Assembly: GCA_964016885.1 (NCBI GenBank)
Contig: OZ024741.1
Span: 148,056,001 to 148,120,000 of the forward strand
DNA from: Eledone cirrhosa
Lineage: Eukaryota
Direction: 5' to 3'
Length of the DNA stretch: 64,000 nucleotides
The notes under the pieces are model-generated. The model was not told the DNA's origin. It saw nothing but the letters and a program-made list of their open reading frames with translations, and ran no database searches. Shown here piece by piece: positions 13,140 to 26,113 of the stretch. Positions within the stretch are counted from its first letter, which is position 1; each line of letters begins with the position of its first letter. Made by a program: the position numbers and the translations under genes.

Positions 13140-13390
13140 AGCCATGTGGTTAGAATGTCTCAGGAAAGAATCGCTGGACAGATTTTACAAGCAAAACCAA
13201 CCGGCAAGAGACCCAGGGGTAGACCCCAAGCCAGATTGTTGGATAACATCCATGAGTTTGGCTGGTCTCGCTTGGGGATCCAGTGGGATCAGTTGGAGAC
13301 GGTCGATTCTAACAGGATACGATGGAAGGAGTGTTTGAGGAGTTTTCCCTCACGACCCTCTCAGGAATAAGTGGGCTATGAAGAAGCAAC
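13140..13390 (+). mobile_element. RTE-type LINE 3' end (same family as 55100-55349)
   Basis: Encodes VRMSQERIAGQILQAKPTGKRPRGRPQARLLDNI and ends in a GAAGAAG tail. Confidence 0.8.
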
Positions 13391-13599
13391 ATGCATATTT
13401 CAATGACATGGCGGTTAGTAATTATGTAACGGTTGCATCATTAACAGGCACCAATGTGAAATAATCAGATACTAATACAATTACATTTAGTGGTTATGTT
13501 GGTATGTTGATATGTATCTGGTAAAGTAGTACCACCCTGATGTAAAGTGAGTGGACGTATGACACACCGTATCTAGCCTCTTACTTGTGTCGAAAGAGA

Positions 13600-14350
13600 T
13601 AGACATCACGAGCTGTTCCACTGATGCAGGGATGCCGACGCGTGCCGAGTAAATTTGATGCAAGAAAGGTGGAAGAAACTATTACAGTTGGTACAGTTCC
13701 TTCTTTCCTTACGCCTGTTGCGTATGTCGCACAAGTATCACAGGTTGACATCCTATGGGGATGAAGGCTGAGGAGAGGTGGGAATTTTAACTGGGGTGTT
13801 GAAGGTAGAAACAGGAAATTGTAATTAGGGAGAATATGGAGATGATTGGTAGATGTATAAAGGGATAGAAAGAGAGAGAAATAGAAAGATAGTAATGGGG
13901 GGGGGGAGTAAATAGATGGTTAGGTGTATAGACCCAAATTGGTTAGAATTTGGTAAGTGGTATTTATAGTAAAAGAAAAATTTATAATAAATGAAACGAA
14001 AGAAAAAAAAGGGGAGGCCCCATAAAGAAATATTTTATTTTTAGAAAATTAGATACATTAATAAATGACTAAATGAAAGAAAGAGGGGGAAAGAGAGCAA
14101 GTAAAGTCAAATATAAAAGAATGAAAGAATTGAGCAAATAAATAAAGGAAAGAAATATGTAAATTGTTACAGTGTGCAATGCTTGACTGAAAGGCAAAGT
14201 CCTTAGGCGCAGATTAAGGATAAAAATAAAATAGAATTAGGGAGCTCAGACATCGACTTCATTCAGATTTAGATGCAATGTCAAAATTCATACTTCAATA
14301 TGTTCAAAGTGACAGTAAATAACGCTACAATCCACTATCGGAATAACGTT
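13600..14350 (-). mobile_element. 5' relic of the PHD-finger CRE-like element (homologous to ~38945-39350)
   Basis: Minus strand encodes RNRRKERRNCTNCNSFFHLSCIKFTR. The upstream GATAGTGGATTGTAGCGTTATTTACTGTC is shared with the 39 kb copy. Confidence 0.65.
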
Positions 14351-14579
14351 TGTTTAAGATATTTATATCACTTTAAAATAAATGTTTCTTTAACTTCTCA
14401 ACAACGATACATAATTAATTTAATTCGCTGTTGTATAAATAACATTACAAATATGTTTGAAATATATACATAAATAACATTACAAATAACATCACAAATG
14501 GGTAAATAACATAATTTGCTCGCAATTCGTTCAGAACAACATTAAAAATATGTCGTTGTTAAACACAAATATAAACTCA

Positions 14580-15210
14580 TAAAAGAGAGAAAACAAAGAG
14601 GGGGTACAAAAACCACAATCAATTCACCACCAAGTGTGACAATCGGCCGCAATACACATCATAGGGTTAACTAAACACTTTGAGGCAAGCCAATACGCTC
14701 GCAGTATTGCCACGGGTGACGGCAAGGCTAAGGCGCTGAAACAACTAGGCACCCTCACGGGCATCACCTGACACCTCAGTAAGGCTAGCCGCCAGCGATG
14801 TCACCTGTGAACCTCGCTGTCACCTGTCCAACTCGACCAAACGTCTCGACAAAAGTTCCAACCGTGGAAACAGAATCAAAAGGGCTGAGAGTAAGTTTAG
14901 AAAAAACTAGAGTATTAGTAAATAAGAAAGAAGACAAGATCCTGATCATCATCAATAAATGGGCCTGTTCAATACACAGAAAAGGAGTCAGCAGAAACTC
15001 TATAAGATGTACACAATGCAAATGTGTGCATTACATGTAATAGATGCACAGGGGTAGAGTGTCAGTGATATAAACCTTGTCCTATCATATGAAGGATCCA
15101 TAAAAGTAGCCGTTATCGTTCAATCGTTCCCGTTAGCGATGACAAGAACCTCGCTGTCAGCGGTCCAACTCGACCAAACATCTCGAACGTCACAGACTGG
15201 AAAACGTTAG
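14580..15210 (-). mobile_element. CRE-clade RLE C-terminal fragments split by a copied LINE piece (14853-15109)
   Basis: Encodes ETFGRVG..TARF, LFQRLSLAVTRGNTASVL and FQSVTFEMFGRVGPLTARFLSSL. Confidence 0.65.
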
Positions 15211-16068
15211 TTCATTAACTTCTATCCGATGTGCCTTGCAACCTTGTTGGTTGTGAATTGGAAAAGTTAAGTTAAAAAAGTCGACTATGAGATATGCCAA
15301 ATCTGAGAATTAAAAACATTAGTCTTTAGAATAGCCGAACAATTTCCAACAACCATATATGAAAAATGATATTTGTAGTTTGAAAGCGATCGGACTTACC
15401 TTCCGTCTCCAAATCACTACAGACTGAATCGTCCACTGTCCACTGCACCGACGTCCACGTGAATTAAATTCGACTGAGGACTACAGAACCTCTCTCGCTC
15501 ACGATCGCAACACACGATCACAGCCCGAGGGGACAAAAAAGGCAGTCAAAATGCCCCGAACCCTAATGTGACGTCACTCGTCCTTCGCTTCCGGTAAGAC
15601 GTCGCCAACTTCTGGCAGTCTCCTCTCGGTAGCTCCACATACCCCACTGATCTCAACGATCAATCCCCCTATCACATGTCAAAGTCCACCATCCACCTGG
15701 GTGGACAGCGTTCCCGTTGCCATCTCCGCACAGTTGGGCGACGCTTTCGTTCTCCTCTTCTCCGAAGTCCGTTAAATCAACGACTCTGCGGACGTCAAAG
15801 ACACGTGACGTTGCAATCCGTCCACAAGCACGTTGTTTCGGGGCTTTACAGCCGTTACCGTTCCATTTCCCCATTGAGATGTACAATGTGCATTCGGGAA
15901 CTTGACCCAAACTTCTTCGCACACTCGTTCGAATGCATTCATTCTTTCTTCCACGGGTTGTTGTGATAACATGCACGGATGTCATCATTCGTATCTATAT
16001 ATCACCCTATGTGACACCGACTCTCCATCTCTCCCGCTCGAGGAGACATGTTGTACCAGAACACCGCT

Positions 16069-16604
16069 GTCATCTGCTGGCCCTTAAGGAAACTATGCTT
16101 AAAAGAATGGTTGGTGAGATCAGTGCAAGCCATGTACAGAGGAGCTGTAGGTAAAATGAAAGTAGAAAAGGAGTTTAATGAAGAATTAAAAGCTCAGGTA
16201 AAAGTTCATCGGGGTTCAGTTCTCAGCCCACTTCTGTTCATTATAATTCTCTAGGCCATAACAGAGAGGTTTATGACTGGCTGCCCATGGGAACTTCTTT
16301 ATGCAAATGAACTGGTTCTTATACCCGAATCCGTAGAAAAACTAGAGAATAAGTTCCAACTGTGGAAACAGAATCAAAAGGGCTGAGAGTAAGCTTAGAA
16401 AAGACAAGTGTTAGTAAATAAGAAAGAAGACACGATCCTGATCCCATCAATAAATGGGCCTGTTCGATACACAGAAAAGGAATCAGCAGAAACTCTATAA
16501 GATGTGTACAATGCAAATGTGTGCATTACATGTAATAGATGCACAGGGGTAGAGTGTCAGTGATATAAACCTTGTCTTATCATATGAAGGATCCATAAAA
16601 GTAG
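16069..16604 (+). repeat. Copy of the RTE-like LINE segment (equivalent to ~46552-46571 plus 47658-48177) embedded in Gypsy integrase
   Basis: High-identity direct match that contains the empty piggyBac TTAA site. It is flanked by duplicated integrase sequence at 15852-16066 and 16605-16825. Confidence 0.85.
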
Positions 16605-19600
16605 CGGTTACCGTTCCCTTTCCCCATTGAGACGTGTCAAGCGCATTCGGGTGCTTGACCCAGACTTCTTTGCACTCTCGTATGAATGCATTCTCTCTCT
16701 CTCTCTCTTGCACAGGTTGTTGTGATAACGTGCACGGATGTCGTCATTCGTATCTATATATCACCCTATGTGGTACCGACTCCTCGGTCTGTCCCACCCG
16801 AGGAGACATAGTGTACCAGAACACCGACACCATTGCCGAAATGTGGCCACCTTTCACCATGGCCTTGACCGTGCGATGGTGTCTCTTCACGATCCCATTT
16901 CCGCTTGGCCTGTATGCCGCTCTGAAGAAGCGGCTCACATCCACTCGTCAAGTATCTCCTTCACAGACCTGCCAAACTCTAAAAACCCAAACCATGAAAA
17001 AAAGTGCCACCAAAACGAAAAAAAATGAAGCAAAATGGGGAGATTTTACATAATGAAAGCTATGCCCATTTTCACAAGAGAAGACATCTCTCACCCATCC
17101 CAAAGTGGGTGGGAGATCTCCCCGTCGGACTGGGAGAGTGGACAGGTTTGCCTTCAGCACCTCCGAGCGAAACGCTGTGTTGTTATCCATCAGCTGTTCA
17201 TCTACAGAGTCCCGCTCCAAAAATATCGCTCTCAGCGTCCGCGCAATTTCCTCTGCAGTCCCCGTCTTCATTTCCTTCCATATCGCCATCCGCCCCGGAC
17301 TACAATCAACCATTGAGAGATATGTCTCTTGTCGGTAGTGTTTCACATCCACCGCCAATCGCTTCCCGTTATGATCCACTAGGATGCTACCCGTCTTGTG
17401 GATGCCCAGGGCGGGGTCGATAGACTGGCAACTGTCGCAACTCACGACCACTTTCTGGACACTGTCTGCTAACGTCGGAGTCGATTTTCCTGGCTAGGGC
17501 CAGGAAAATCGACTCCTATATAATGCATGGTATGCAACCTTCTCAATTCCGAGTCACTCAGCCGACACACTGCAGCTATACCCTTTTCCGCGTCCTCTGG
17601 GACTTCCAGCCAGACTTTTTTTTATCCTGGTTAAGATGTCTGCACTATTTTCTCCGAGGGTACAAAAACAATATTCAACTTCACACCGAAGTCAGAAACA
17701 ACTTCTCCCAGAATTCCCAGGTGACACTTTATAAACATTTCTGCCGCCCCTCTCGTTTGCACCCTTTTCTCACTGGTGAGCATTGATTTCACCCACCCGA
17801 GTACAGTGTCCGTATCATTACGTATATCTATGGTGCGCAGCCCCCATCTCAAGGCGAGATTCACTCCCTCTCGGCCACGTTGATGTGGTTGCAGTCCTTG
17901 ACACCCCCTATTTCCTAGTGCTATGTTGCTGGCTCTACCCCATAAGGTCTTGCTCACCGATTTGGGGACGTACCAGATTCCTCTTACTGGATCATACGCC
18001 TTTACCCTCTCCACAATCTCCTGCATCATAGCCACCGTCCGCTCTCCTAGCCTGTCTCCTCAGCTCACTCCGTTCGCACGTCTCTTGACATAGCTGCATG
18101 CCGTTCGGAGCCACCATGCGATCGAATAGCAGCCCACTAATTTCCCACACATTGAGAAGTGTTATCGTCTATCCATGTCGGTGCCCAGTTCCAGGACTCC
18201 ATGTCTTCTCCAAAATACCAGTGTCCCCGTTTGTCTCTTTGCAGCTTGAGTTCCAGTGCGGCTCCTCCCTCCATCGTCTCTAGTTGTTTCGTGGTTAAAC
18301 CGAACCTTCCAATGTGGCTTGAGACCTCTGATGCAGATATCTACCACGACATCATCGATGTAGGAGTTGGTGGCCCTCTTCACTTTGTCTACTTTCCCCA
18401 GAATGATATTTGGTGCGGGGTTTAACCCGAAACCAAGCCTGGTCAGGAAGTATGTCTGACCCTTATACCTGACCAGCTGATACTTCCACAGTTTCTCATC
18501 TACGTGAAACTGCAGATATGCCGACTTGAAATCGGCAATCGTGAAAGCCCCCGTTATTTATCACCATTCTCGTAAGGTTTCCCCGCAGACATCCGTCACT
18601 TCATTGCCTGTGTGGCATGATAGGGGTTCATTTAGTTACCGAAATTCCAGCACCAGTCTGACCTTGTTCTTCGTTGGCTACAATACTGCCATTAACGGCA
18701 AAACTCCATTCTTTATTTCCTCCTTCTAAGGTATCAATTTCACTTCCCCAATCCATATTTGCACCTATCCCACAAACTCGCTTCTGGCATCTCCTTTCAA
18801 GTTATGCTGATAGCAGCTCACTCTGTTTTCAGCGTTGGGTGTTCTCCTTTCTAGTACCACTCAACTATCCACTGTGGATAGTTGAGCCCTGAAATCCTTG
18901 TCCTGTATGGTGTGAACAGCATGTTTTTCTTCGTGGATCTCATTGTTCTCCTGTTGCACACTCACGGCGCATGACGCTTCCACGCTATCAAACATTACCC
19001 GGACCTCACTCACTGTATTGCATCCCAAGCAGCCAATCGCATCTATGCCCATTACCACATCAATTCCATCCACCATATGGTCGATCATGATTACCTGAGC
19101 CTTATTTTCATTCTTCGTAATGCTATTTCCATCTCATTGGGGAACCCGTTCACGAACGCCCTCCGCACCACCTTTTCACTGTTTCCTCTTGTCAACTCGG
19201 CTAGCGTAGCCAACCGCCGTATTTCTGCTGCAAATACGTCCACCTGCTCTCCCACACACACACTTGGCAAAAGCAGCATTAGGTCCCTCAGTGAACGCTT
19301 CCTTAAGATGTTTTATTTTCTCCGCGTTCAGTTGGTCTGACGCATCCATCTCGGGGTATAATGCTACTACATTGCCATCGAGATAGAGAGCCATTAGGCC
19401 AGCCACGTTTTCGATACTTTGCAGCGTGGCGACCAAACTGACTTTTCTTATCAAGGCGATGACCTTTCCTTCGCCGCTGAAGGCTAAAAAAAAAAAAAAA
19501 AATGCTGCCGAAATAGCTTGTAGTCTCCAATTTACTCTAGACCGAATCGTCCACTGTCCACTGCGCCGACGTCCACGTGAATTTCAATCGACTGAGGATA

Positions 19601-19649
19601 ACAGAACTTCTCTCGCTCACATTCGAAGCGCACGTCAACACACGACCAC

Positions 19650-19879
19650 CAGGGGCGGTGGAACTGGAGGGGGGGGGGGGGGCATGGCCCCTCAAAATAA
19701 TAATATTTTTCTCCCTAAACAACTACAAAAACATACATCTATTTGTATATACGTTACATCGCATATCGAATTATTTATAATATCTTGGTTGATATTTGAT
19801 AATAACACCTAAACAAACACTACAACTAAATTGATCAAATTTGGCCCTCCCCAATTCCGAAATGCTTCCACCGCCTCTG
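19650..19879. mobile_element. MITE with hAT-like 14-bp TIRs and a 5-bp TSD, inserted in the Gypsy LTR
   Basis: TIRs are CAGGGGCGGTGGAA and TTCCACCGCCTCTG. ACCAC is at 19645-19649 and 19880-19884. The other LTR has the empty site (a single ATCAC). Confidence 0.85.
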
Positions 19880-20305
19880 ACCACTGCCTAAGGCAAAAAA
19901 GGCAGTCAATAGACCCCGAACCCTGATGTGACGTCACTCATCCTTCGCTTCCGGTAAGACGTCCCCCAAATTACGGCAGTCCCTTCTCGACAGCCCCGCA
20001 GTATTAATAATAGTAATTTGATTAAACATGATGATACTGAAGGTATTAACAATAGTAAAAAGTCACTTTAAAATATTAAAGTTATCGAATTAACGTTATT
20101 TCAGAACTGGAAGTATCATGGGAAACGAAAAAGATTCAACAACAAAATAAGAGCAACTAGTTATATTTATGGATATCATTCGGTTATTCTAAATAGAATA
20201 TTAGTCAAATGATTTTTTTTTTTATAGCATAAATGTGTTTTTGTCTTTGCAAGAAATTATTCTTCTTGCTCCACATAACGACGTAATGAATATTTTATTT
20301 ACATT

Positions 20306-21470
20306 AATAATAATGGTTTCTTTATTGGCCACAAGGGTTAACATGAAGAAAAACATTACAGACTGCACAGAACAGTACAGGACGATACAAAATGGGTTTT
20401 GGCCGTGTAAAAAGGTTATAACAAGAAGATAGAAATGTGTATAAACAAATAAAAAAATTCAAACAACAAAAATTCCCCAAAAGGGGGGAAACCTCCGAGG
20501 GTAACTCGTGGTGAAAACCACACAAAAGACTACGGCCACCCTGACCACCACGGCAAGCACCCTCTCTCAGTTCTCCCACTCCTCAGTCTACAGGCGCATA
20601 GTCAGAACTGACTCACCACTTTCACCCACCTTTCAACAAACTTACTAGAAGACAGCACTTGCCTCTCCGCCCTGATTTTCCTCTTCAAGCGAAATTTGAA
20701 AAAGTTAATCAGAGATTCGCCGAAGAGGAAATTGTCCGGCTTCAACCATTTCAATCTTGTCCACCATACAATCTCTTTCGCCATAGCAACCAGGCAGATG
20801 AAAACTGCCTGCCCTTCCTCCTCATTAAAGGAGGACGGCGGGGCTATCTGCACAATGGACTCAGTCGATAACCGGATCCGTCCTACTCGTGAAAGAAACT
20901 GTTCGACATAGTTCCACAAGTCAGCAATGCTCGGGCACTGAACGAGTGCGTGCACGACGGTTTCGTCGCCCTGAGCGCATCTCGGACAGGTTCGGCTGAC
21001 GACACTTCCGTGCCTGTAGAGCTTATCTCGAACCAGCAGCGCTCCCTGGTAGCACTGCCACGCCAGGGATTTCTGGAAGTTATCCATAGGCCCCGGGCTG
21101 AAAGTTCTCTTGAAGAGAGCGAACAGCTGATCGTCTTCGACGCTCAGGGTCTCCTCGAGAACGTCGTTGCTCTTCCCCATCAACTAGTCCTTTACAGCAC
21201 GCCGCGGTGGATGTTCCACCGATACTAGTGCCCAGCTGGTAGAAGGCTGTGAGCGCTTGGAGACATTCCAGATTCCAAGCGCTATCCCTCGGTCTTTTCC
21301 TGATCCAGGACTGCAGCTCTGTTAATGAGACGAGCTGGGGGAAAACGCGTCTGACAAACGGCGACCACACCTGTTCACCGTCAAGGAAGCACCAGTGATG
21401 TCGCATCCTCAGCGCGTGTTGGCGCATCATCAGCCACGGCATGCCCAGTCCTCCACGCCACGGGTGCTGA
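20306..21470 (-). mobile_element. 5'-truncated Tx1/L1-clade LINE (3' end)
   Basis: Encodes GLGMPWLMMRQHA, LAWQCYQGAL and CPRCAQGDETVVHALVQC. The 3' UTR is homologous to 34170-34500 and ends in (ATT)n. Confidence 0.85.
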
Positions 21471-21503
21471 CAGGCCTTCTGCCTATATAAGAAACCATTA
21501 TTA

Positions 21504-21900
21504 TTGGCAGTATCGGTAGAGGGTCGGACGCCATGCTTTGCAAGTATAGAGTTACACCCCTTTACAGTCTGAGTTCAAATACCGCCGAGGTTAACTTTGT
21601 CTTTCATCCTTACGGGGTCGATAAAATAAAGTACCAGTAATGCACTGGAATAATTGCTGGCCTTGTGCCAAACGTAGAAACAATCATTACAATAATAATA
21701 GTTTCTTATATAGGCACTAGGCCAACAATTTTTGGGGGAAGGGGAAAGTGCCTGACTGGAACTTTATTTTATCGACCTCGTAAGGATGAAAAGCAAAGTT
21801 AACCTCGGCAGGATTTGAACTCAGATCATAAAGGGCCGTAACTCTTTGCTGCAAAGCATGGCGTCCTACCCTTTACCGATACTGCCAATCCACCGCCATT
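21504..21900. mobile_element. Two family A SINEs tail to tail (21504-21690 +, 21700-21900 -)
   Basis: Same head, B box, core and tail as the other copies. Confidence 0.8.
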
Positions 21901-22418
21901 ACAATAATGATAATGACAACTATAATAACGGCAATAATAAAATTTAAAAAAACAAAAGAGAAGAATAGGGAAATATAGAGAAAAAAGAGAAGAGGAAAAA
22001 AAAGAAGAACGGGAAGGGGAGGGGATGGCAAGAACTTGCAAAGAATTACAAACCATGGCCATATGAAATCAGGATTAGAAATGAAAACATTTTGTAATGC
22101 TAGAAATGTCTTAAACGTTATTTCAGTAGTGTATTGTAGCGTTATTTACTGTCATTTTGAAAATATCTATACTATAATAAAGGAAGGAATGAAGGACAGC
22201 GTCCGTTTTATATTCTTTAATCCTGTTAGTAAAATAAGTTGGATTACTTTGGATAAATAATGAATGAATATTACATAATTTATGTAGTAAATTTCGTAAC
22301 TCTTGATTAAATATTAATAATTTTATTGCATATTTCAAAATTCACTTCTTTTAAAATTTTCAAATTTCAACACTTCCGGTATATCGCCACCACCACTTCA
22401 GCTACCATATATATATAT

Positions 22419-23376
22419 ACTAGACATGGAAAATGCGCAAGCTCAAAAGTGCCACAGAATGTTATAATAAACCTTCAAAAGTGTGGGACTAGAGTTGTTG
22501 CTAAAAAATATTGTAATCATTATATATCGTACATTCTGTGGCATCCTTTATAAAAATAGCTTAAACCAACGAAGCCTTTATTTTTACGCTATTTCACTTA
22601 GTTAATTCTTAGAGTGTAACATATAAAAATATGATTTACAACTATAAAATAAATTAATTAATATAATAACAGAGCTGCGGAGCTGAAATTTAGGAAATAA
22701 TGTTAGTATCGGATCCTGAGTTGGAGCCAGTCAATTTTTGGCCGACTCCGCAGCCCTGTATAATACATTTCATATTAAAGTTATTAATAAACCTATTTTA
22801 CACTTCATGCAAATTACCACGAGATATTGATATTAGATATAAGATACAGCGCAATATCTACAGCTGTAAAAGTACGAAAGCGAAGTAATAATAAGTGGCT
22901 TAAGGTAATTCCAATATGAAAGTTTGTAGTGATAAAAATTTGATAATGCAATACGATTGTTAATATTATAGTTCTATGAAAATGTAACAATAGATAACTA
23001 AATTATTTTACTATTAGTATATTTAAGAAATTATCATTATAGATTTGATCGTTCATATAAGCATCATATTAAGTTTCAACACAATTATTTTGTTACTATG
23101 AGTATATGATAATAATATTACGTAATTATTTATAGCTGTTATTACATTAAACATAGATGTATTTATTTTTATATGTTACACTCTAAGAATTAACTAAGTG
23201 AAATAGCGTAAAAATAAAGGCTTCGTTGGTTTAAGCTATTTTTATAAAGGATGCCACAGAATGTACGATATATAATGATTACAATATTTTTTAGCAACAA
23301 CTCTAGTCCCACACTTTTGAAGGTTTATTATAACATTCTGTGGCACTTTTGAGCTTGCGCATTTTTCATGTCTAGT
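22419..23376. repeat. Long inverted repeat: 213-bp arms (22419-22631 and 23164-23376) around a ~530-bp AT-rich spacer
   Basis: ACTAGACATGGAAAATGCGCAAGCTC.. pairs with ..GAGCTTGCGCATTTTTCATGTCTAGT. Only one mismatch was seen. Confidence 0.9.
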
Positions 23377-23969
23377 TTAATATTTTTTTAAGGCAACGCT
23401 TGTAATAACTCTAGTTAAACAGGATATATATTAATAATAAATTATCGTTGTAATGTAATTAGATTATGTAATTGTTATTATAAATTATCTTATAAATATT
23501 AGTGTAAGATGTATAAAAATATTTTCAGACTTTTAATATAAACAACTACAAAAAACAATCAATATTAAATCAATATATTATACATAATAGAAAACATAAA
23601 ATATACAATACAAAAACAAAATATTTACATACAATTGCAATTATCAGTGTATATACATTTTCTTTATATTCCCTGAGCAAATTAATAAGATTTGTTTTTA
23701 TTGTACATAATTTGATGACTTGTTGGAGTGTATTAAAAGATAGCAACAATTTGTGATTAAATTGTTATCTTAAGCAACTCACTTTTTAATAGTTGTTGGC
23801 TGAGCGAAATTGTAAAAGCCTATGAGCAAATATAAAAAAAAATACACAAACAACATTTCCTTGTGTTATTACAACATTAGATAAAATAATTGAGCAATGT
23901 CGTTATATTTTGCTCTTATTGCACATTAATAGTGTTTCTATTTTTCGGCACAAATCCATTACGGCAGTC

Positions 23970-24100
23970 CATTACTGGTACTTTATTTTATCGAATTAGT
24001 AAGTATGAAAGTCGAAGTTAACCTCGGCAGGATTTGAACTTAGAATGCAAAGGACCATAACAATACTGCAAAGCATGGTGTCTGACGCTCTACCAATACT
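23970..24100 (-). mobile_element. Diverged family A SINE fragment
   Basis: CATTACTGGTACTTTATTTTATCGA..GGATTTGAACT. Confidence 0.7.
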
Positions 24101-24493
24101 TGTGTTGAGCTGGTCATTAATTTATGGTGGTCGTGCGTGGAGTAGAGCAATCGCTAGTTGAAATATTATGAACAAAACATTTTTATTTGCCGAAGAACAT
24201 ATTTTCAATACTGTTTGTGAATGTGACGAAGGAAATACATTCTGATATGGAACAGTGTACAAAGTGTGTCTGTGAATAACATAATGTTACCTCATGTTGT
24301 TGTCAAGACATAATGGATTTCGTATATCCAGTTAGAAGATGAAACCTAGCCATCTCGGATTAGTTATATTTCATGCCATGTGTAAACGTGTTTGAGGATA
24401 GCAAAATATGCGCGTTAATTATAATAATTAGTTAATAATATTACAAAATATACCTAATTAAACTCTTTGCTTGAAATTTTATCATTCTTCGTT

Positions 24494-24565
<72 letters not shown>

Positions 24566-24789
24566 TCTAGTCCTTCGCTCAAGATTAATCTATAAGTTTA
24601 GATGTTTGCCTTCGTTTAAGTAAATATTACAGTAAGATTTTTAATATAAACAACTACAAAAAACAATTAATATTAAAACGAAAAAATTATCAATGATAAA
24701 AGAAGCGGATGCAACTTTTTTTTTTATAAAGTTATATTCCTGTTTCTTTAAAGAACATTTCATTTTTGTTCTATTGTAGGCGAAATAAT

Positions 24790-24974
24790 TGTTTCTACTT
24801 TAGGCACAAGGCCAGCAATTACCTAGTGCATTACTGGTACTTTATTTTATCGACCCAGTAAGGATGAAAGGCAAAGTCAACCTCGGCGGGATTTGAACTC
24901 AGATCGTAAAGGGACGTAACTATGCTGGAAAGCATGGCGTCCGACCCTCTACCGATACTGCCAATCCACCGCCC
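24790..24974 (-). mobile_element. Full-length family A SINE with 16-bp TSD
   Basis: TTGTAGGCGAAATAAT is at 24774-24789 and 24975-24990. Confidence 0.9.
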
Positions 24975-26113
24975 TTGTAGGCGAAATAATGCAATGGTTT
25001 AATAGGGAAGATATAACTTACGAATTATGTCTCTAACCGTGTAACGCTTTTTAAGTAGATAACTACAATTGAAAATACTAAAGAAATGGAACCAACAATT
25101 CAATTTGAAAGTCGTCTAGTGACAGTGTATTACTGGTACTTTATTTTATCGACCCCGTAACGATGAAAGGCAAAAATGCAAATGCTTAAAATTTAAATTG
25201 CCTTAATTCTATCGTCTGCTGTTTCATTAAAGGGAGATTATCGTCTGTATTTAATTCTATCGTCTACTGTTCCACTAAACAGATATACCTCCACTATCGT
25301 CTCTATTTATACATTTTAACTTATAACTTATACACATTTGATTTGAAATATTTTATCTAGTCCCCCCTCTCAATATTATGATGATTTCTTTCGAATGAAA
25401 CAGTTCTAGTCCTGTAGAAGCCATTTATATATATAATTGAACTGAGTTAAAAATTCACAATATTTATAATTAAATAAGCTCATATATATATGTGTGTATT
25501 TATCTGTTTATTGTATTATATATAATGTGTGTATATACAGGATGTCCCCCAAAAATATATACACACTTCAACAGCATTCTAATAACTATTGCCTGTACAG
25601 GTAATCAAAGTGTCAATCGAATGTTAGTTTCGTGTTTTAACAGTACAAATTTACAATACACACATAAAACCAGTGTATATACATACATGAGTGTGTATAC
25701 ACATACATGAATGTGTATATACAATATATATGTGTATATATATATATAGACACATATATTCACGGTGCAACGGTACATTAAAATATAGATGCGGGAGAGG
25801 GGGGTGTATATATAGGGGCGCTGGGGATAAAGGAGTGTAAAGCGTGTGTAATTGATATATTGAAGGAGAGGAGCGTGCAGCGATAGAGTAACAAATATAT
25901 AGAGAGGGGGAGAGATGGTATTGAAGGGGAGGAGTGCAAAGCGAAAGAGTAAGAGATATATATAGAGACGGAACAGATAGAGAGAAACAGGCGTAAGTAA
26001 CAGTGGAAGAGATATAGAGAGAGGTACTCTGATTGGTTGAAAATTAGCCAATGACATACGATCACCACCACCACGGCTATCCCCGAAAAATTTTTAAAGA
26101 AGCTAGGCATATA

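Larger units (their letters stand above)
15405..20000 (-). mobile_element. Decayed Gypsy/Ty3 LTR retrotransposon with diverged LTRs at ~15405-15639 and 19519-20000
   Basis: Direct repeats AATCGTCCACTGTCCACTGC..GTGACGTCACTC..CTTCCGGTAAGACGTC with TG..CA ends. On the minus strand the order is gag (AEIRRLA..AFVNGFP), protease (VVMGIDAI), RT (YIDDVVV), RNase H, integrase (CDSCQ, LAVDV, LMDNNTAF, YRPSGNG). Confidence 0.85.
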
